Shown here piece by piece: positions 24,740 to 25,096 of a stretch of DNA of 25,096 nt. The position numbers were made by a program, and so were the translations under genes. The DNA comes from Verrucomicrobiales bacterium. GTDB lineage: Bacteria; Verrucomicrobiota; Verrucomicrobiia; Verrucomicrobiales; Akkermansiaceae. The notes beneath the pieces were generated by a model that saw only the letters and a list, made by a program, of their open reading frames with translations, made no database searches and was not told where the DNA came from. Location of the stretch: positions 1-25,096 of the forward strand of contig JBNNED010000097.1 in assembly GCA_050285825.1 (NCBI GenBank), read 5' to 3'. Position 1 is the stretch's first letter. Every line of letters starts with the position of its first letter.

Positions 24740-25096
24740 CGCTTCCGCGCCCGCCGCGGGCGCGGCGCCGTCAGCAACGCCCCCGGACGCTACGAGGCGC
24801 TGGAGACGGTGGCCGAGGGTGACGGCTGGGAGGTGATCGAGGAGCCGGTGCAGATCCGCACCGAAGTGCGCGAGGAGCGCGCGCGCAGCCTGATCACCTA
24901 CAATCGCTCGCCCGATCTGCCCTTCGACCGCTCGATCAATCCTTACCGCGGCTGCGAACACGGCTGCATCTACTGCTTTGCCCGGCCCAGCCATGCCTAT
25001 CTGGGCCTGTCGCCGGGGCTGGATTTCGAAACCCGCCTCGTCGCCCGCCCCGAGGCGCCGCAGGTGCTGGCGCAGGAACTGGCGGCGCGGCGCTAC
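24740..25096 (+). CDS. PA0069-family radical SAM protein, N-terminal part (runs off window)
   Basis: RGRGAVSNAPGRYE...SLITYNRSPDLPFDRSINPYRGCEHGCIYCFARPSHAYLGLSPGLDFETRL with the CxxxCxxC motif, in the same frame as the rhomboid. Boundary approximate. Confidence 0.9.

Overview
This is a high-GC bacterial window, most likely Verrucomicrobiota (inferred from the gene repertoire, the short RpoZ, DUF1552 and the prepilin-type gene). It starts inside a MoxR ATPase and ends inside a radical-SAM gene. On the + strand (1-8653) lie a MoxR-DUF58-BatA-vWA/GATase operon, a membrane protein, queG and a hypothetical gene. An AT-rich orphan gene with an attC-like tail follows. Mostly minus-strand housekeeping genes come next: Ldh_2 oxidoreductase, MFS-acyltransferase fusion, rnr, DUF1552, metallophosphoesterase, a short RlmB-like methylase, smpB, rpoZ, MBL hydrolase, pyrF, DoxX/MauE and gamma-CA. 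A lone + strand pilin-like gene sits among them. The window ends with an RluA-family synthase and a rhomboid that runs in frame into a PA0069-type radical SAM gene with different codon usage, probably a chimeric junction. The most unusual structure is non-coding. Two unrelated four-helix-bundle (23S-IVP/TIGR02436-like) genes sit in consecutive spacers of the MoxR operon. Each is bracketed by its own 7-nt-periodic array, with the downstream array the reverse complement of the upstream one. Four orphan heptamer arrays lie at other gene junctions, two of them next to an identical 42-bp REP-like element. All coordinates and translations were read by eye; no database searches were run.
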